Part shown: positions 24,348 to 37,319 of the stretch, piece by piece | Position numbering within the stretch: the first letter of the stretch is position 1 | Layout: every line of letters begins with the position of its first letter | From: Octopus sinensis | Taxonomy: Eukaryota | Direction: 5' to 3' | Length of the DNA: 55,245 bases | Assembly (NCBI RefSeq): GCF_006345805.1 | Contig: NW_021833725.1 | Location: forward strand, 1 to 55,245 | Notes under the pieces: model-generated | The model's database searches: none | What the model saw: the letters and a program-made list of their open reading frames with translations, nothing else | Told to the model about the DNA's origin: nothing | Made by a program: the position numbers and the translations under genes

Positions 24348-24750
24348 GTTGTTGGCATCCTTTCTGTCTCGGGAGACAATGGAGTTGCGCATAAAGTAGT
24401 CTAGTCCGGCTTTTATATTTCATGTCCTGATACATTTCCTGCTGTGGCTGTGTAGTCCTATCCTGGACAAACGCTCCCTCTGGCAGGTACCGCAAATGTA
24501 GCGAAGACTGTTCCTGGCTGGTTGTAATGCCATAGTCTCTTGTTGACGTCTCTTCTTTTCTTTCCATTTCTCCTCTCTCTCTCTCTCTCTGTCACTCCTT
24601 TGTATTCCCTCTTTTACGGTGCGTCGCCATTCTCCACGGTTGCCGGCAACTGCCTCCCAACCGCTAATATTGATGTTGCAGGCCCTTCATGTCCCTTCTG
24701 CAAACATCCTTGTAACGTAAGATCGGTCTACCCACAGACCTAGTACAGTC
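24348..24750 (-). pseudogene. RTE-clade LINE 3' end (ORF C-terminus plus 3' UTR)
   Basis: RSVGRPILRYKDVC...WEAVAGNRGEWR...YICGTCQRERLSRIGLHSHSRKC; 3' end ccattgtctcccgagacagaaaggatgccaacaac. Confidence 0.85.
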
Positions 24751-25056
24751 ACGAGTGATACTAAAGTTAGTTTGAAAGTTTGATATCATGGAGTTTGATA
24801 TCAGTGTTCCATTAAATATTTACTGCTGATTAACGGCAATAATACGGTACGTCGCCATTCTCCACGGTTGCCGGCAACTGCCTCCCATGTTGCAGGCCTT
24901 CATGTCCCTTTTGCAAACATCCTTGTAACGTAAGATCGGTCTACCCACAGACCTAGTACAGTCACGAGTGATACTAAAGTTAGTTTGAAAGTTTGATATC
25001 ATGGAGTTTGATATCAGTGTTCCATTAAATATTTACTGCTGATTAACGGCAATAAT
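24615..25056. repeat. ~228-bp tandem duplication spanning the RTE 5' junction
   Basis: Units 24615-24842 and 24843-25056 are nearly identical; unit 2 lacks a ~14-bp stretch (accgctaatattga). Confidence 0.92.
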
Positions 25057-25230
25057 ATCGAATACACATTCACATTCCATATTCATTTTTATTTAATTTT
25101 CCTTTATTTTACCTTTTTTTTTATTTAACCTCTATATAAGCTCTTCCGTCTGTTCTGATCATCGTTATGTCACCGGATACATGATTTAGAATAGCTAAAC
25201 AGATTGAATTTATTTACACAAGTGTTTGTC

Positions 25231-25313
<83 letters not shown>

Positions 25314-25483
25314 AGGGTGTAACAGTGGCGGAAGCGGCTGCGGGGGTCGAGATGGTGGTGGTGGTGGTGACGGTGGTGATGGAGATAGAAACGGTGGTGG
25401 CGGTGGTAACGGTGGTGGTAGTAATAACGGTAGTAGTAGGCAGTAATAATAGTAGTAAGTAGTAGCAGCAGTAGCAGCAGTAC

Positions 25484-25522
<39 letters not shown>

Positions 25523-25614
25523 CAGTAGCAGCAGTTGTAGTAGTAGTAGTAGTTGTAGTAGTAGAGTAGCAGTAGCAGCAGCAGCAGCAACAGCAGTAGT
25601 AGTAGTAGTAGAGT

Positions 25615-25696
<82 letters not shown>

Positions 25697-25697
25697 A
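25231..25697. repeat. (AGT)n/(AGC)n/(GGT)n trinucleotide field
   Basis: Direct reading. Confidence 0.95.
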
Positions 25698-25799
25698 ATG
25701 ATGGAGGACGAGGTGGGGGTACAGAATCAGCATGACAAAAGCAAAAATAGAAGCGTCACAACGTTATCGAGCATTAAGTCAACGTATTAGAAAATATGT

Positions 25800-26170
25800 T
25801 CTTTTCTACTCTAGGTCCAAGGCCCGAAATTTTGGGGGAGGTGAGCCAGTCGATTAGATCGACCCCTGTATGCAACTGCTATTTATCGATCCCGCAACGA
25901 TGAAAGGCAAAGTTGACCTCGGCGGAATTTCAACTCAGAATGTAAAGACAGACGAAATACCGCTAAGCATTTCGCCCAGCGTGCTAACGATTCTTATTTC
26001 TTTATTGCCCACAAGGGACTAAACATAGAGGGGACAAACAAGGACTGACAAAGGGATTAAATCGATTAGATCGACCCCAGTGCGTAACTGGTACTTAATT
26101 TATCGACCCCAAAATGATGAAAGGCAAAGTCGACCTCCGTGGAATTTGAACTCAGAATGTAAAGACAGGC
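25800..26170 (-). mobile_element. Two joined SINE-A units
   Basis: Two atgaaaggcaaagt.gacctc..ggaattt.aactcagaa bodies with different tails. Confidence 0.87.
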
Positions 26171-26174
26171 AAAA

Positions 26175-26474
26175 TTGAAACCATTAAAAGTGAAATTATT
26201 ATATTACATTACAATAGAGATGTTATTGTTTCACTTTAGACACGTAATGCCGAAACAGTGTAAGAGATAAGAGATTGTTTCGGCTTGCATTAAGCAAGAA
26301 GTTGAAATTTGTTTTGGCTCGTGACATTCCATGGACCCTAACTAAGGCACATGTAAAATTTGAAGGAAATTGGTTGGGTAGTTCTTGAATTGTAGTGATG
26401 CATACATACATACATACAAACAGGCAGCAGACAGAAAGACACGCATTCTCAGTTTTATATATATATATATAGAT
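26175..26474 (-). mobile_element. 5' part of a non-autonomous Helitron-like element
   Basis: Minus strand starts TCTATATA..TAAAA, then a ctgtctg tract and caaccaatttccttcaaatttt, the same architecture as 33178-33558; 3' end not seen. Confidence 0.5.
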
Positions 26475-26523
26475 AGATGGATGGATGGATGGATGGATGG
26501 ATGGTTGGATGGACGGACGGACG

Positions 26524-26554
<31 letters not shown>

Positions 26555-27306
26555 AGATAGACAGACAGACAGATAGATGACAGAGAGAGAGAGAGAGACA
26601 TGAATATATACGTATTTGAATGTGCATACACTCGCGTATATGTATATATATTTATATATATCTGTATGTGTGTGTGTGTGTGTTTGTTTATGGCTTAAAT
26701 AGTAAACATATCTGTGTTATGTCTATATACATACATACATACGTTTAAGATGCACATACATATATGTATATAGATATATATATACAGGGGGAAAAAGAGA
26801 GATAAATGAATAAATAGATAGACAGACAGACAGACATATACATACAAGCAGGCATGCATGGATACATATTCTAGGATGGCCTGTAAATTAATCAAGTGTG
26901 ATTTCATTGCATCCTCAAAGAGCAAGTAACCGAATTCATTCCCATACCTTTTATCCAGAGAGTAATTTTATCTTTAAAGTTTATTTAAAAGTTTTCATTT
27001 GCAAAGAAAATAAATAACACGTCGCCTTTAATCAACAGTGATAAAAAAAATGTTTTTCTTAGTTTATTCACTTATGGCCTTCTGTAAAGCTCTTTAGAAG
27101 CGTTTCATTTCTTTTTAAGCTTTTGAGCTGCAAGATGAAATAAGTTGTTTTTGTTGCTGTTGTTGATGTGATGTTTTATTTTTTCCTTCGATTACAACAC
27201 CACGAAAAATATACCAAAATATGATTAACTAACGGAAAAGAAATATTATATCGTGTTATCCATTCCCAGTTAATCATAAAATGACTGTTTATTTTTTAAC
27301 TAAATA

Positions 27307-27692
27307 GTGGAAGCACTCCGTCGGTTACGACGACGAGGGTTCCGGTTGATCCGAATCAACGGAACAGCCTGCTCGTGAAATTAACGTGTAAGTGGCTGAG
27401 CACTCCACAGACACGTGTACCCTTAACGTAGTTCTCGGGGATATTCAGCGTGACACAGAGAGTGACAAGGCCGGCCCTTTGAAATACAGGTACAACAGAA
27501 ACAGGAAGTAAGAGTGAGAGAAAGTTGTGGTGAAAGAGTACAGCAGGGATCACCACCATCCCCTGCCGGAGCCTCGTGGAACTTTAGGTGTTTTCGCTCA
27601 ATAAACACACGCAACGCCCGGTCTGGGAATCGAAACCGCGATCCTATGACCGCGAGTCCGCTGCCTTAACCACTGGACTATTGCGCCTCCAC
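27307..27692 (-). mobile_element. Full SINE-C with tail type 2 and 11-bp TSD
   Basis: Head gtggaggcgcaatagtccagtggttaaggcagcggactcgcgg...ggtttcgattccc; TSD ttaactaaata at 27296-27306 and 27693-27703. Confidence 0.92.
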
Positions 27693-28025
27693 TTAACTAA
27701 ATAACTTATACCATTAATACTGGTTACTAAAGACGTCTAACTACGTAGCTCTAGCATCTTGTATTATATTTCAAACTAATACGGATATGATGACAAAAGC
27801 ATAGGTCTACGTTGGAGCTTAAATGCACATCAGCTTTCATTAAGAAATATGAAAGAAATTCAACGAAAGAATTATTTAGCATCAAATTTACACAATACAA
27901 TAGACATGATAAATAGCTGAAGTTATTGTTAAAAATATAAGAGAATGCTTATTGTAAGCTTTTATGGTTTTAGTGAGTGAGTACTATCATAGTGTAAAAG
28001 CATGCGCCATTTTACATAGGAGAAA

Positions 28026-28546
28026 CTCTCTTTACTCTTTTACTCTTTTAACTGTTTCAGTCATTTGAATCTGGCCATGCTGGGGCACCGCATTTAGTCG
28101 AGCAAATTGACCCCAGTACTTATGAGTCTTTTACATGCCGAACTCTACTTGGTGAAATTAAGGATTATTTCTAAATTAATTAATTTCACCCTTTATTATT
28201 ATTATATATATATATATTAATTTGTAGGCCTAGTACTTATTCTATCGGTGTATTTTGCCGAACAACTAAGTTAAAGTGTTGTAAACACACCAGCTTAGGT
28301 TAGCAAGTGATGGGGGGGGGGGGCAAACACAGACACACAAACATATACACACACACACACACTCATATATATATATATGTACGACTGGCTTCTTTCAGTT
28401 TCCGTCTACCAAATCCACTCACAAGGCTTTGGTCGGCCCGAGGCTATAGTAGAAGTCACTTGTCCAAGGTGCCACTCAGTGGGACAGAACCCGGAACCAT
28501 GTGGTTCGTAAGCAAGCTACTTACCACAGAGTCACTCCTACGCCTA
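28026..28546 (-). mobile_element. SINE-B with a ~100-bp insertion at ~28123-28220
   Basis: Full tail-to-head match to the reverse complement of 12759-13200 apart from the insert. Confidence 0.88.
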
Positions 28547-28959
28547 CGTCTAAAGAGAAAAATCATTCTAGAAAGTCAAGTGGTACATGATTCTTAAATA
28601 ATCAATTTCACAATTATGCTATTCATTAAAGACATGTTGAATTTTCACAACATCATTTTGAAATTTCTTTGTCTAATATTGAATGTCTGTATCATTGGTA
28701 CTCTCTGTTATTATAACTTTATATCTCGATTATTCCTTTTTAACGATTTCTAATAAGTGTTCAGATTTTTATATGCATATTTATTCTGAAAAAAGAAGCA
28801 AAATACAGCATTGAATTATGCTTGAAGATGTACTTACTCTCCAGGTTGAAAAAAAAAAAGACTTAGAAACGGAAATAATATATAACGGCGCATTTAGTCT
28901 GCCGATAAAAAGAGTAACGATGAATTCACCGACGTTGTATCGGTTTGCGATGTAATTAT

Positions 28960-29232
28960 TCTTTCCTACTCTAGGCACAAGGCCCGAAATCGTGGGGGAT
29001 TAGATCGACCCCAATACGTATCTGGTACTTAATTTATCGACCCCGAAAGGATGAAAGGCAAAGTCGACTTCGGCGGAATTTGAACTCAGAACGAAAAGAC
29101 AGAAGAAATGCTTAGCGAGGTTGACTTTACCTTTCATCCTTTCGGGGTCGATAAATTAAATACCAGTTACGTACGGGGTCGATCTTATCGACTGGCCTCC
29201 TTCTACAAAATTTCGTGTCCTGTGTCTAGATT
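28960..29232. mobile_element. Two truncated SINE-A pieces in inverted (fold-back) arrangement
   Basis: Minus-strand body 28960-29110 followed directly by plus-strand body 29116-29232. Confidence 0.85.
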
Positions 29233-29522
29233 ACACTACGTTAAACAATAGAGATTCACATTTGAATTCCTTTGAACTATTCAGTTTGCTTACAATCAAG
29301 GCATGCAGTACTCCAACTTAGGTACGTATATAGACAGAGAGAGAGAGAGAGAGAGAGAGGGAGGGGAGAGAGTAATGTACACTCAGATAAAGGGAAGGTG
29401 GCAGAAAGGGAAAGAGGGAGAGAGAACGACCCATTGATTTGAAGACCGTCTATTTATTAAAGTCATCTTTAAAACATACACTAATATATATATATATTCA
29501 TAACAAATGTTTTCTTCAGATG

Positions 29523-29524
<2 letters not shown>

Positions 29525-29586
<62 letters not shown>

Positions 29587-29826
29587 CATATATTATATAT
29601 ATATATATATATAATATATACAATATATATTTATGATATATATATATATATATAGATATATATATATATATATATACTATATATAATATACTATTATACG
29701 ATATATATACATATTAATATATATTATATATATATATATAATATATGTATATATATATATATATATAATATATATATCTATATATAATATATATATTATA
29801 TATGTGTGTGTGTGTGTGTTGTGTGT
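29525..29826. repeat. (TA)n-rich microsatellite
   Basis: Direct reading. Confidence 0.95.
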
Positions 29827-30059
29827 GCCGAAATGAACAAATAATGGAAGCAGTCGCTGCCTATTGGAGAAGATGAAGCTCATCTATGGGGAAAACCGTT
29901 AATTGGTAATTTTTAAATTGAATTATTGTGTATATTAAATAATACAATTCACTAATATATTAAATATATATAAATAAGCGCGTGTACGTTTCTGTGTAAG
30001 TATCCATGTCTATGTGTGTCTACACGTATGTGTATATGTCTATATATAACTATATATGC

Positions 30060-30110
<51 letters not shown>

Positions 30111-31165
30111 AGTCCACACATTATACATATGCATATATTAGACATGCATGTGTTTGTGTGTATAAATGAAATTAAGAATATCCCAATTCTAAATTATTGA
30201 ATTATTGCCAAGAAGCTAATCAAATTCTTTTTTTGTATTACTTTGCATAATTTAAGCAGGTTTTGAAAAGAAATTTCGACCGAAATATTTTTAATCTACC
30301 ATTAATGTTTAATTATTGGTTGCAATATAATAAATTATATTTTTTCCTATGCATCTGCAATGACTTCAAATTATATTTAAAAATACATAACAGAGCTTTT
30401 GTAACTTGCACGCAATGCACATGAACGCGTGTAAACAATCGCCCATACATAAATACATACATACATACATACATACATACATACATAAGAAAATAATATA
30501 TAAAACATATGCATATATACATATATGTACGTACCTACATCTATATGTATATATATACATGCATATATGGGTACAGGACACCAAAGACGTGGAACACGAT
30601 GAGAAACGAAAACAAAAACAAAAACATGGAAACGGACTTTTTTCAAGCAACGAAAAAACAGAGTACAAGACATACAACACAAGGAATATTCCCCTTCTTC
30701 AGTTGCCCCAGTTTCGGCTACTCCGCGTTACAAAGGTAAGGGCAGGACGGGACTTCATTGAAACAGTCCTTCCCGCAAAGCAAATTAAATAAAATTCTAA
30801 AGGTTATTAATCAACTATCTTGGCTCTCAGACTATTTGCTTTGAGTTCTTTATTCTACGTAGCCTGACAATGTTGCCTTTGAACCTGTCATCTCCGTAAA
30901 TAAGTATTTCTTTAGCACAAGAGATATGTCAAAAACATCGCACATCAATCTGGGTTTGGCTTCATAGATTCTTCATTAGGCAAAAATCGATATTTGTGTC
31001 TGGACAGAAAAATCAATCAGAAACTGAAATTTTCAAAATTTTTTTCCAACTCGATTAAATTAGATCGTAGAACATAATCCCCGTTAATATGTTTTAAAGA
31101 TTAAACTTCTCCGTTATAATGTCATTGTTTTTTCATTCTGTGATATGCTATTATGATGTTACGGA

Positions 31166-31345
31166 AGGCGGCGAGTTAGTGGAATCATTAGCGTGACAGA
31201 CAGAATGCTTAGCAGTATTTCTTCAGGGTTTTATATTTGGAATTCCAATACCACCAAAATCAACAGTGCTTTTTGTCCTTTCGGAGTTGATAAAATAAGT
31301 ACCCATTGACTTCAGGCTTTGCGCCAATAGTAGAGACTATTAGTT
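31166..31345 (+). mobile_element. Diverged SINE-A
   Basis: aggcggcgagttagtggaatcattagc...tcctttcggagttgataaaataagtacc. Confidence 0.7.
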
Positions 31346-31535
31346 TAATATAAAGGAATAGTCATCTGTAGCGAAACATGGTTTCATATATTCGTACAAA
31401 GGTTTGCAAATGGATGGATGGATGGATGGATGATATTTTGCATAGTTAGACATAATGATTAAGTTTATCAATATTTAAACAGGGCATATATGTTTGAGAG
31501 ATTTCAATGTTTTTCTCCAGAGGCTGTATATGCAT

Positions 31536-31579
<44 letters not shown>

Positions 31580-31633
31580 TACCTATCTATGAATACACAG
31601 ACACACACACATATATATATATATAATATATAT

Positions 31634-31679
<46 letters not shown>

Positions 31680-31796
31680 TAATATATATATATATATATA
31701 ATATATTATATAATGAGAGACCAAAGTGTACGTACGCCGCTATATATATACATATACATATATATATATATATATATATAATACAAAAAATATATA

Positions 31797-31996
31797 TACA
31801 AAATGGAGCAAGAACGCAAAACCCCGAGCAATCTCGAGTATAACCAGTCGAAATTGCAAAGATAATCTGGAACTCGACTGAGGAAATGACCCGTCCTTGT
31901 TTACTTTGTATCGTCTCTCTGGATGTTTTGTTTCCCTTTCCTGTATCATCTTGCTGTCTGCTGTATGGATGTTTTGCGTTCTTGTCCCATTTTGTA
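31797..31996. mobile_element. ~200-bp element with 23-bp inverted ends embedded in (TA)n (family F)
   Basis: caaaatggagcaagaacgcaaaa versus ttttgcgttcttgtcccattttg; interior similar to 49095-49170. Confidence 0.6.
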
Positions 31997-32499
31997 ATTT
32001 TTAATATATATATAGAATATAAATATGAATGTATGCATTCGTACATACATAAATACGTATATGAGATTTATTATATGAAATAATATACAATATTTAATGT
32101 AATAAACAATTATATGTGGCCGCGCATACATATACTTATGTAAATACAACATCCTGACGTTGAGTGCAAATCTCCAAAGAAATGGCGATAGAGATACACA
32201 AACAGAGAAGAAGAAACTGAAAATGTGTACAGGCAACCTTCGATATCACTCAGACAGCATCCGATACAAAATAGCATAAAAAAATCAATATCTCAGACGA
32301 AGAGCTGGAACATGAAATTAAATATATACTGCAAGTCAGCAGTGAACTTCTCAAGAAGCGCTCAATTACTGATGATCTCCCGTATGAAGCGAGAATTGCA
32401 AATCTCGCGTATCTGATTCAAGACGTAGAAGTGAAAAACCCGACACGCCACTACATATCATAGATCAACGGTATTCCTTAAGCTAGAGGTTCATAAGGC

Positions 32500-32705
32500 C
32501 GCTTTCTTGGATTCTGTGGCGTATATAATAATACGCCACTCCCTGGATGGGTCGCTGATCAGTCGCAGGTTTACTCAATTTTTGTTAACTCAGTTCACTG
32601 GAGTAACGTGAAATGTAGAGTTCCATAAATGAAGACAACACTCATCACCCCATCCAGGATTCGAAACTACCATTTTAAGACCATGAGTGCACCCTCACCA
32701 CAAAG
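32500..32705 (-). mobile_element. Diverged SINE-D
   Basis: ctcagttcactggagtaacgtgaaat...ccaggattcgaaactac homologous to 11672-11922. Confidence 0.6.
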
Positions 32706-32821
32706 CCAAACACCACACACACACACACAAACATAGATATACTATATATATATATGTGTGTGTGTGTGTATGTGTGTGTGTATGTGTGTGTGTGTGTGTC
32801 TGTACGTATATACATATATAG

Positions 32822-33163
32822 AAAGACCCTCTTTCATCATGAATGACCACGGGATTGCACCTAGAAAGTTCCCCTCTGAGGTACACATCCGGGCAAGGTT
32901 ATTTATGGAAGACCAGCAGTCACACATACATACGAGCCTCCTCTCTCCACGCCACCGATGTCATACAAGGGAAAGGCTTAGCAAAGGCCGATATAGTTTG
33001 GCACCAGTGACGACGCAACTCATTTCTACAGCTGAGTGAACTGGAGCAACGTGAAATTAATTGCCTTGCTCAAGACACCAACATACAGCACGATCCAGGA
33101 ATCGAATTCACTGTCTCATGATTGTGAGTCTTATGCTCTAACCACTGAGCTATGCACCTTCAC
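32822..33163 (-). mobile_element. SINE-D with tail type 4
   Basis: cagctgagtgaactggagcaacgtgaaat..cttgctcaag domain; tail homologous to 50290-50478. Confidence 0.8.
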
Positions 33164-33177
33164 ATTATGCACACATA

Positions 33178-33558
33178 TCTCTTATATAAAATCCGTTCTG
33201 CCTGTCGGTGTGTGTGTGTGTGTATGTCTTCTAGGATCTCGGGCATCCTCCATCCGATTGTGCTCAAATTTGATACGTAGATACCGACGGTATCAGGGTG
33301 TGTATAAGTCTTGAAAAAAATTGCAAAAATTGATTCAAAGTGAGAATGCGATCGATAAAGCCGTGGGAAATCGTTTTTCTTTGGAATAGAAAAAAAGTCT
33401 ATCTTTATTTCTTCTTTTGTTGGTGTCCCAAATTTAGGTTAAATCAGTGTTTCTCAAAGGAGTGGCCTATGGGACGGTCGGACAAGTGGCTTTGAGAAAA
33501 TTTGGTTTAAATGTTTGACAACTCAGCACCGTCCATTGGACGGGTGGCGTTTTGCTAG
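33178..33558 (+). mobile_element. Complete non-autonomous Helitron-like element (381 bp)
   Basis: A|TC 5' end, CTAG|T 3' end, GC hairpin ccgtcc-att-ggacgg at 33529-33543 located 11 nt before CTAG, no TSD. Confidence 0.8.
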
Positions 33559-34465
33559 TATATATATGTACACGAAAGAGAGAGAGAGAGAGAGAGACAA
33601 AAGGAAAGAAGTAGATGCATATGCCTGTGGGATATTATGTGAATGACTGCTCCTAAATAATATGTGCAATTATGTATTATGTATTTGTGATTGAACTAGA
33701 AATGTATTAGTGGAGCTGTGTGAATCTCAGTGAAGCTGGATTGTAATCTTTGCATATCTTATGCGACAGTCGATTTTAGAATTACGTTAATGATTTCCAT
33801 TATATATATGTATTACATTTCTAAGCTACATGTATGAATGTGTAGGATATTGACAAGTCTGCATACATACTTTGTGTACGTGCGTGCGTATGTGCGTGCA
33901 CACGTGCATGCGTACGTACGTGTGTGTTTGCAGAGATTAGTTCTGCAGACAGAAATATTAAGTAATAGCATCCATAGAAGATATTGGCATGGACTTAATT
34001 GGTTGTGAAATAATCAAACAGCTAATATAAAAATTCAATACTCTTGTATATAACGGTGAGAAAGTGTCTTTGGAGAGAGGTACTAGAGTAAACGAAACTA
34101 GAAGACAATGGACAAACAAACTGGTGTTAATGGACTTCGTCGTGAGTATTTCATTGATTGACAAATAGTTGCAAATATTGACAGAAGCAAATAGCAGTAG
34201 GAAACAAGTAAAGGTAGCATGAGTGTGCTGTGGTGTAGCAGTGGTGGTGTTGGTGGTGTGTGTGTCTGTGCGTGTGTGGTGTGTTCATCACAGGGTGATA
34301 TTGACAACTAATTAAACATGAATCATTTAAAAATTTTTTTTCCCACACATTTCTATTCATTTCTGATAAGCTATGAGATGCAACAGTTGGGTTTTTGTGC
34401 AGCACTGCATTATCTTCTGTCAAGAATTTTCATGAAGAAACAATGATGTATGAGTGCATGCACTC

Positions 34466-35095
34466 ACACACACATACATACATACATACATACATACATA
34501 CATACATACATGCATGCATGCATGCATGCATACATACATACATACATACATACATACATACATACATAATACATACACACACACATACATACATACATAC
34601 ATACATACATACATGCATACACACATACACACACACACATACATACATACATACATACATACATACATTCATACACACACACATACATTCATCCATACAT
34701 ACATACATTCATACATACATACATACATACACACACACATACATACATACATACATACATACATACATACATACATACATACACACACACATACATTCAT
34801 CCATACATACATACATTCATACATACATACATACATACACACACACATACATACATACATACACACACATACATACATACATACATACATACATACATAC
34901 ACACACACATACATACATACATTCATACACACATACACACATACATTCATTCATTCATACATACATACATACTACATACATACACACACACACACACACA
35001 TACATACATACATACATACATACATACATACATACATACATTCATTCATTCATTCATTCATTCATTCATTCATTCATTCATACATACATACATAT
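34466..35095. repeat. (ACAT)n/(CATT)n microsatellite
   Basis: Direct reading. Confidence 0.96.
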
Positions 35096-35097
35096 GT

Positions 35098-35320
35098 ATA
35101 CTCTCTTTTACTCTTTTACCTGTTTCAGTCATTTGACTGTGGCCATGCTGGAGCACCGCCTTTAGTCGAGCAAATCGACCCCAGGACTTATTCTTTGTAA
35201 GCCTACTTATTCCATCATTCTCTTTTGCCGAACCGCTAAGTTACGGATACGTAAACACACCAGCATCGGTTCTGAAGCGATTTTGGGGGGACAAAACACA
35301 GACACACACACATATATATA

Positions 35321-35356
<36 letters not shown>

Positions 35357-35520
35357 CGACGGGCTTCTTTCAGTTTCCGTCTACCAAATCTACTCACAAC
35401 GCTTTGATCGGCCCGAGGCTATAGTAGAAGACACTTGCCCAAGGTGCCACGCAGCGGAACTAAACCCGGAACCATGTGGCTGGTAAGCAAGCTACATACC
35501 ACACAGCCACTCCTGCACCT
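35098..35520 (-). mobile_element. Full-length SINE-B
   Basis: Reverse complement of 12759-13200, ending cacagccactcctgcacct. Confidence 0.92.
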
Positions 35521-35613
35521 ATGTGTATATAAAAACATCTGCGTGTGTGTATATAGTGTGTGTGTGTGTGTGTGTGTGTCTGTGTGTGTGTGTCTCTCTG
35601 TGTGTGTGGTGTG

Positions 35614-36660
35614 TAAGAGTGTAGTCCAGAAAGGAATGCGAAAGTGGATACAGCTTTCTTTTGATAGCATACACACAGTGTTCAAATTGCGCATATTAGA
35701 AGTGTAACTATTCTTATACGTAAAGTCACAACTCAAAATAGTCTCCATCACAAGCCAAGCATTTGTGCCATTGGTGAAACGAACTGTCGAAGAATATTTG
35801 AAAAACCATGTAAAACTACTTGTACCCTCCTCTCCACAACCTTTCTCACCTCGTCTATTTCATCAAATCTTTGTCCTTGATCACTGTCCTTCATGGGACG
35901 GAAAAAGGGCAAGACTGTGTGTACGTGATTCATACTGGGAGACCAATGACCCGCTTATTTAACCGATTGATTGGTTCTTCCTAAAGATGAGTGTGGTCTA
36001 ATATTGTCATAGTAAATGCGGGTCGTTTTCAGATTACTTTTTGAACTCTTCCTGTTTGTTATTGGCATCTAAGATTTTTAGGGTATCTCACTTTCCGACT
36101 CGTTGTTTAAGGTGTAGGCACCTTCCGGAAAATCAAGAATGCCATCTTTGTCATCTTCGCAAAAGAGTCTTTATGGCTAATATGCTGATATCTTTGTCGT
36201 CTTCGCATACTACATACATACATACATACATACATACATACATACATGCATGCATGCATACAGACATACATACACACGCACACACTCACATACATACATA
36301 CATTCATACATACATACATACATACATACATAAATACATGCATACATACATGCATACATACATACATACATACATACATACATAAGTACGTACGTACAAT
36401 GCATACGTATACTCTCTCTTATTCTTTTACTTGTTTCAGTCATTTAACTGTGGCCATGCTGGAGCACCACCTTTAGTCGAGCAAATCGACCCCAGGACTT
36501 ATTCTTTATAAGCATAATATGCTGATCTCTGATCATACTTTAAAGCTTGGAGAAGTATTTAATCATTCCATGGACTGAGTTTTAATTTCCAAGTTCATAA
36601 AGATACGCCTGCGTTTCATCTCCTTCGACCAAATTGAAAACAAACAACAATTCCTCCATT
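35614..36660 (-). pseudogene. Decayed mariner transposase, interrupted at ~36195-36513
   Basis: Minus-strand pieces GDETQAYLYE..IKTQSME (first catalytic D motif, ~36570-36626), FFRPMKD..QGQRFDEIDEV and QWHKCLACDGDYFE (C-terminus); 5' limit uncertain. Confidence 0.72.
36195..36513 (-). mobile_element. SINE-B 3' fragment plus (ACAT)n inside the mariner remnant
   Basis: SINE-B tail at 36410-36513; flanked by direct repeat taatatgctgat.tct at ~36178 and ~36515. Confidence 0.75.
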
Positions 36661-37319
36661 TTAATCACATCTTCGTTTACATTCATTATTGTGATATTTG
36701 TTCATCGGCAAGTAATATATTGTTTGTATAAACTGGAGATCATTTCTGAAGTGGCTTCCATGCAAGCAATTGAAGTAATATAGAGTGAAGCAAAACTATT
36801 TGTTCGGCATTTACGTATACAACAAAACTTCTAAGTTCAGCACATCTAAATTCTGCTTCAGGCGGTTTCACTCATGAGTTGCTAAATTATATATTAGAAA
36901 TACACGCTAATTATTTCAATAGTCTACACATATCCTGTATAACAAACTGGTTTTCAGAATCTGCTTGATGTCTGTATTAAATAACCAGAACAATAAAGAT
37001 GACATATGTAATTTCTTTCAGGAAATAGTTTAATTGTCATTTAATGTCCACCTGACTGGAACTTGACTTTTATATATGTAGAATCGGAAATGTCGGAGTA
37101 ATAAGCATTTTAACGAACAGTTCATTTGTTAAAATATTTTGTGTCTGACTTACTGAATATAGCAGAACTTTGAAAAACTTTTTCGATCTCTCAAACACTT
37201 GAGAAAAAGAGAAGTATTTTGCGGCGATCGTAAGTTTTATTCAAGGATATTAACTGCATTATTCATTCGTCGGATGTTTATAAAAAGTTCGTGGAGCAAC
37301 AACAGTCAAGTTACTAGTT

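Noticed and set aside
27610-27692. SINE heads as functional tRNA genes
   Set aside because: A/B boxes are present, but they continue into SINE bodies bounded by TSDs and no complete cloverleaf is evident
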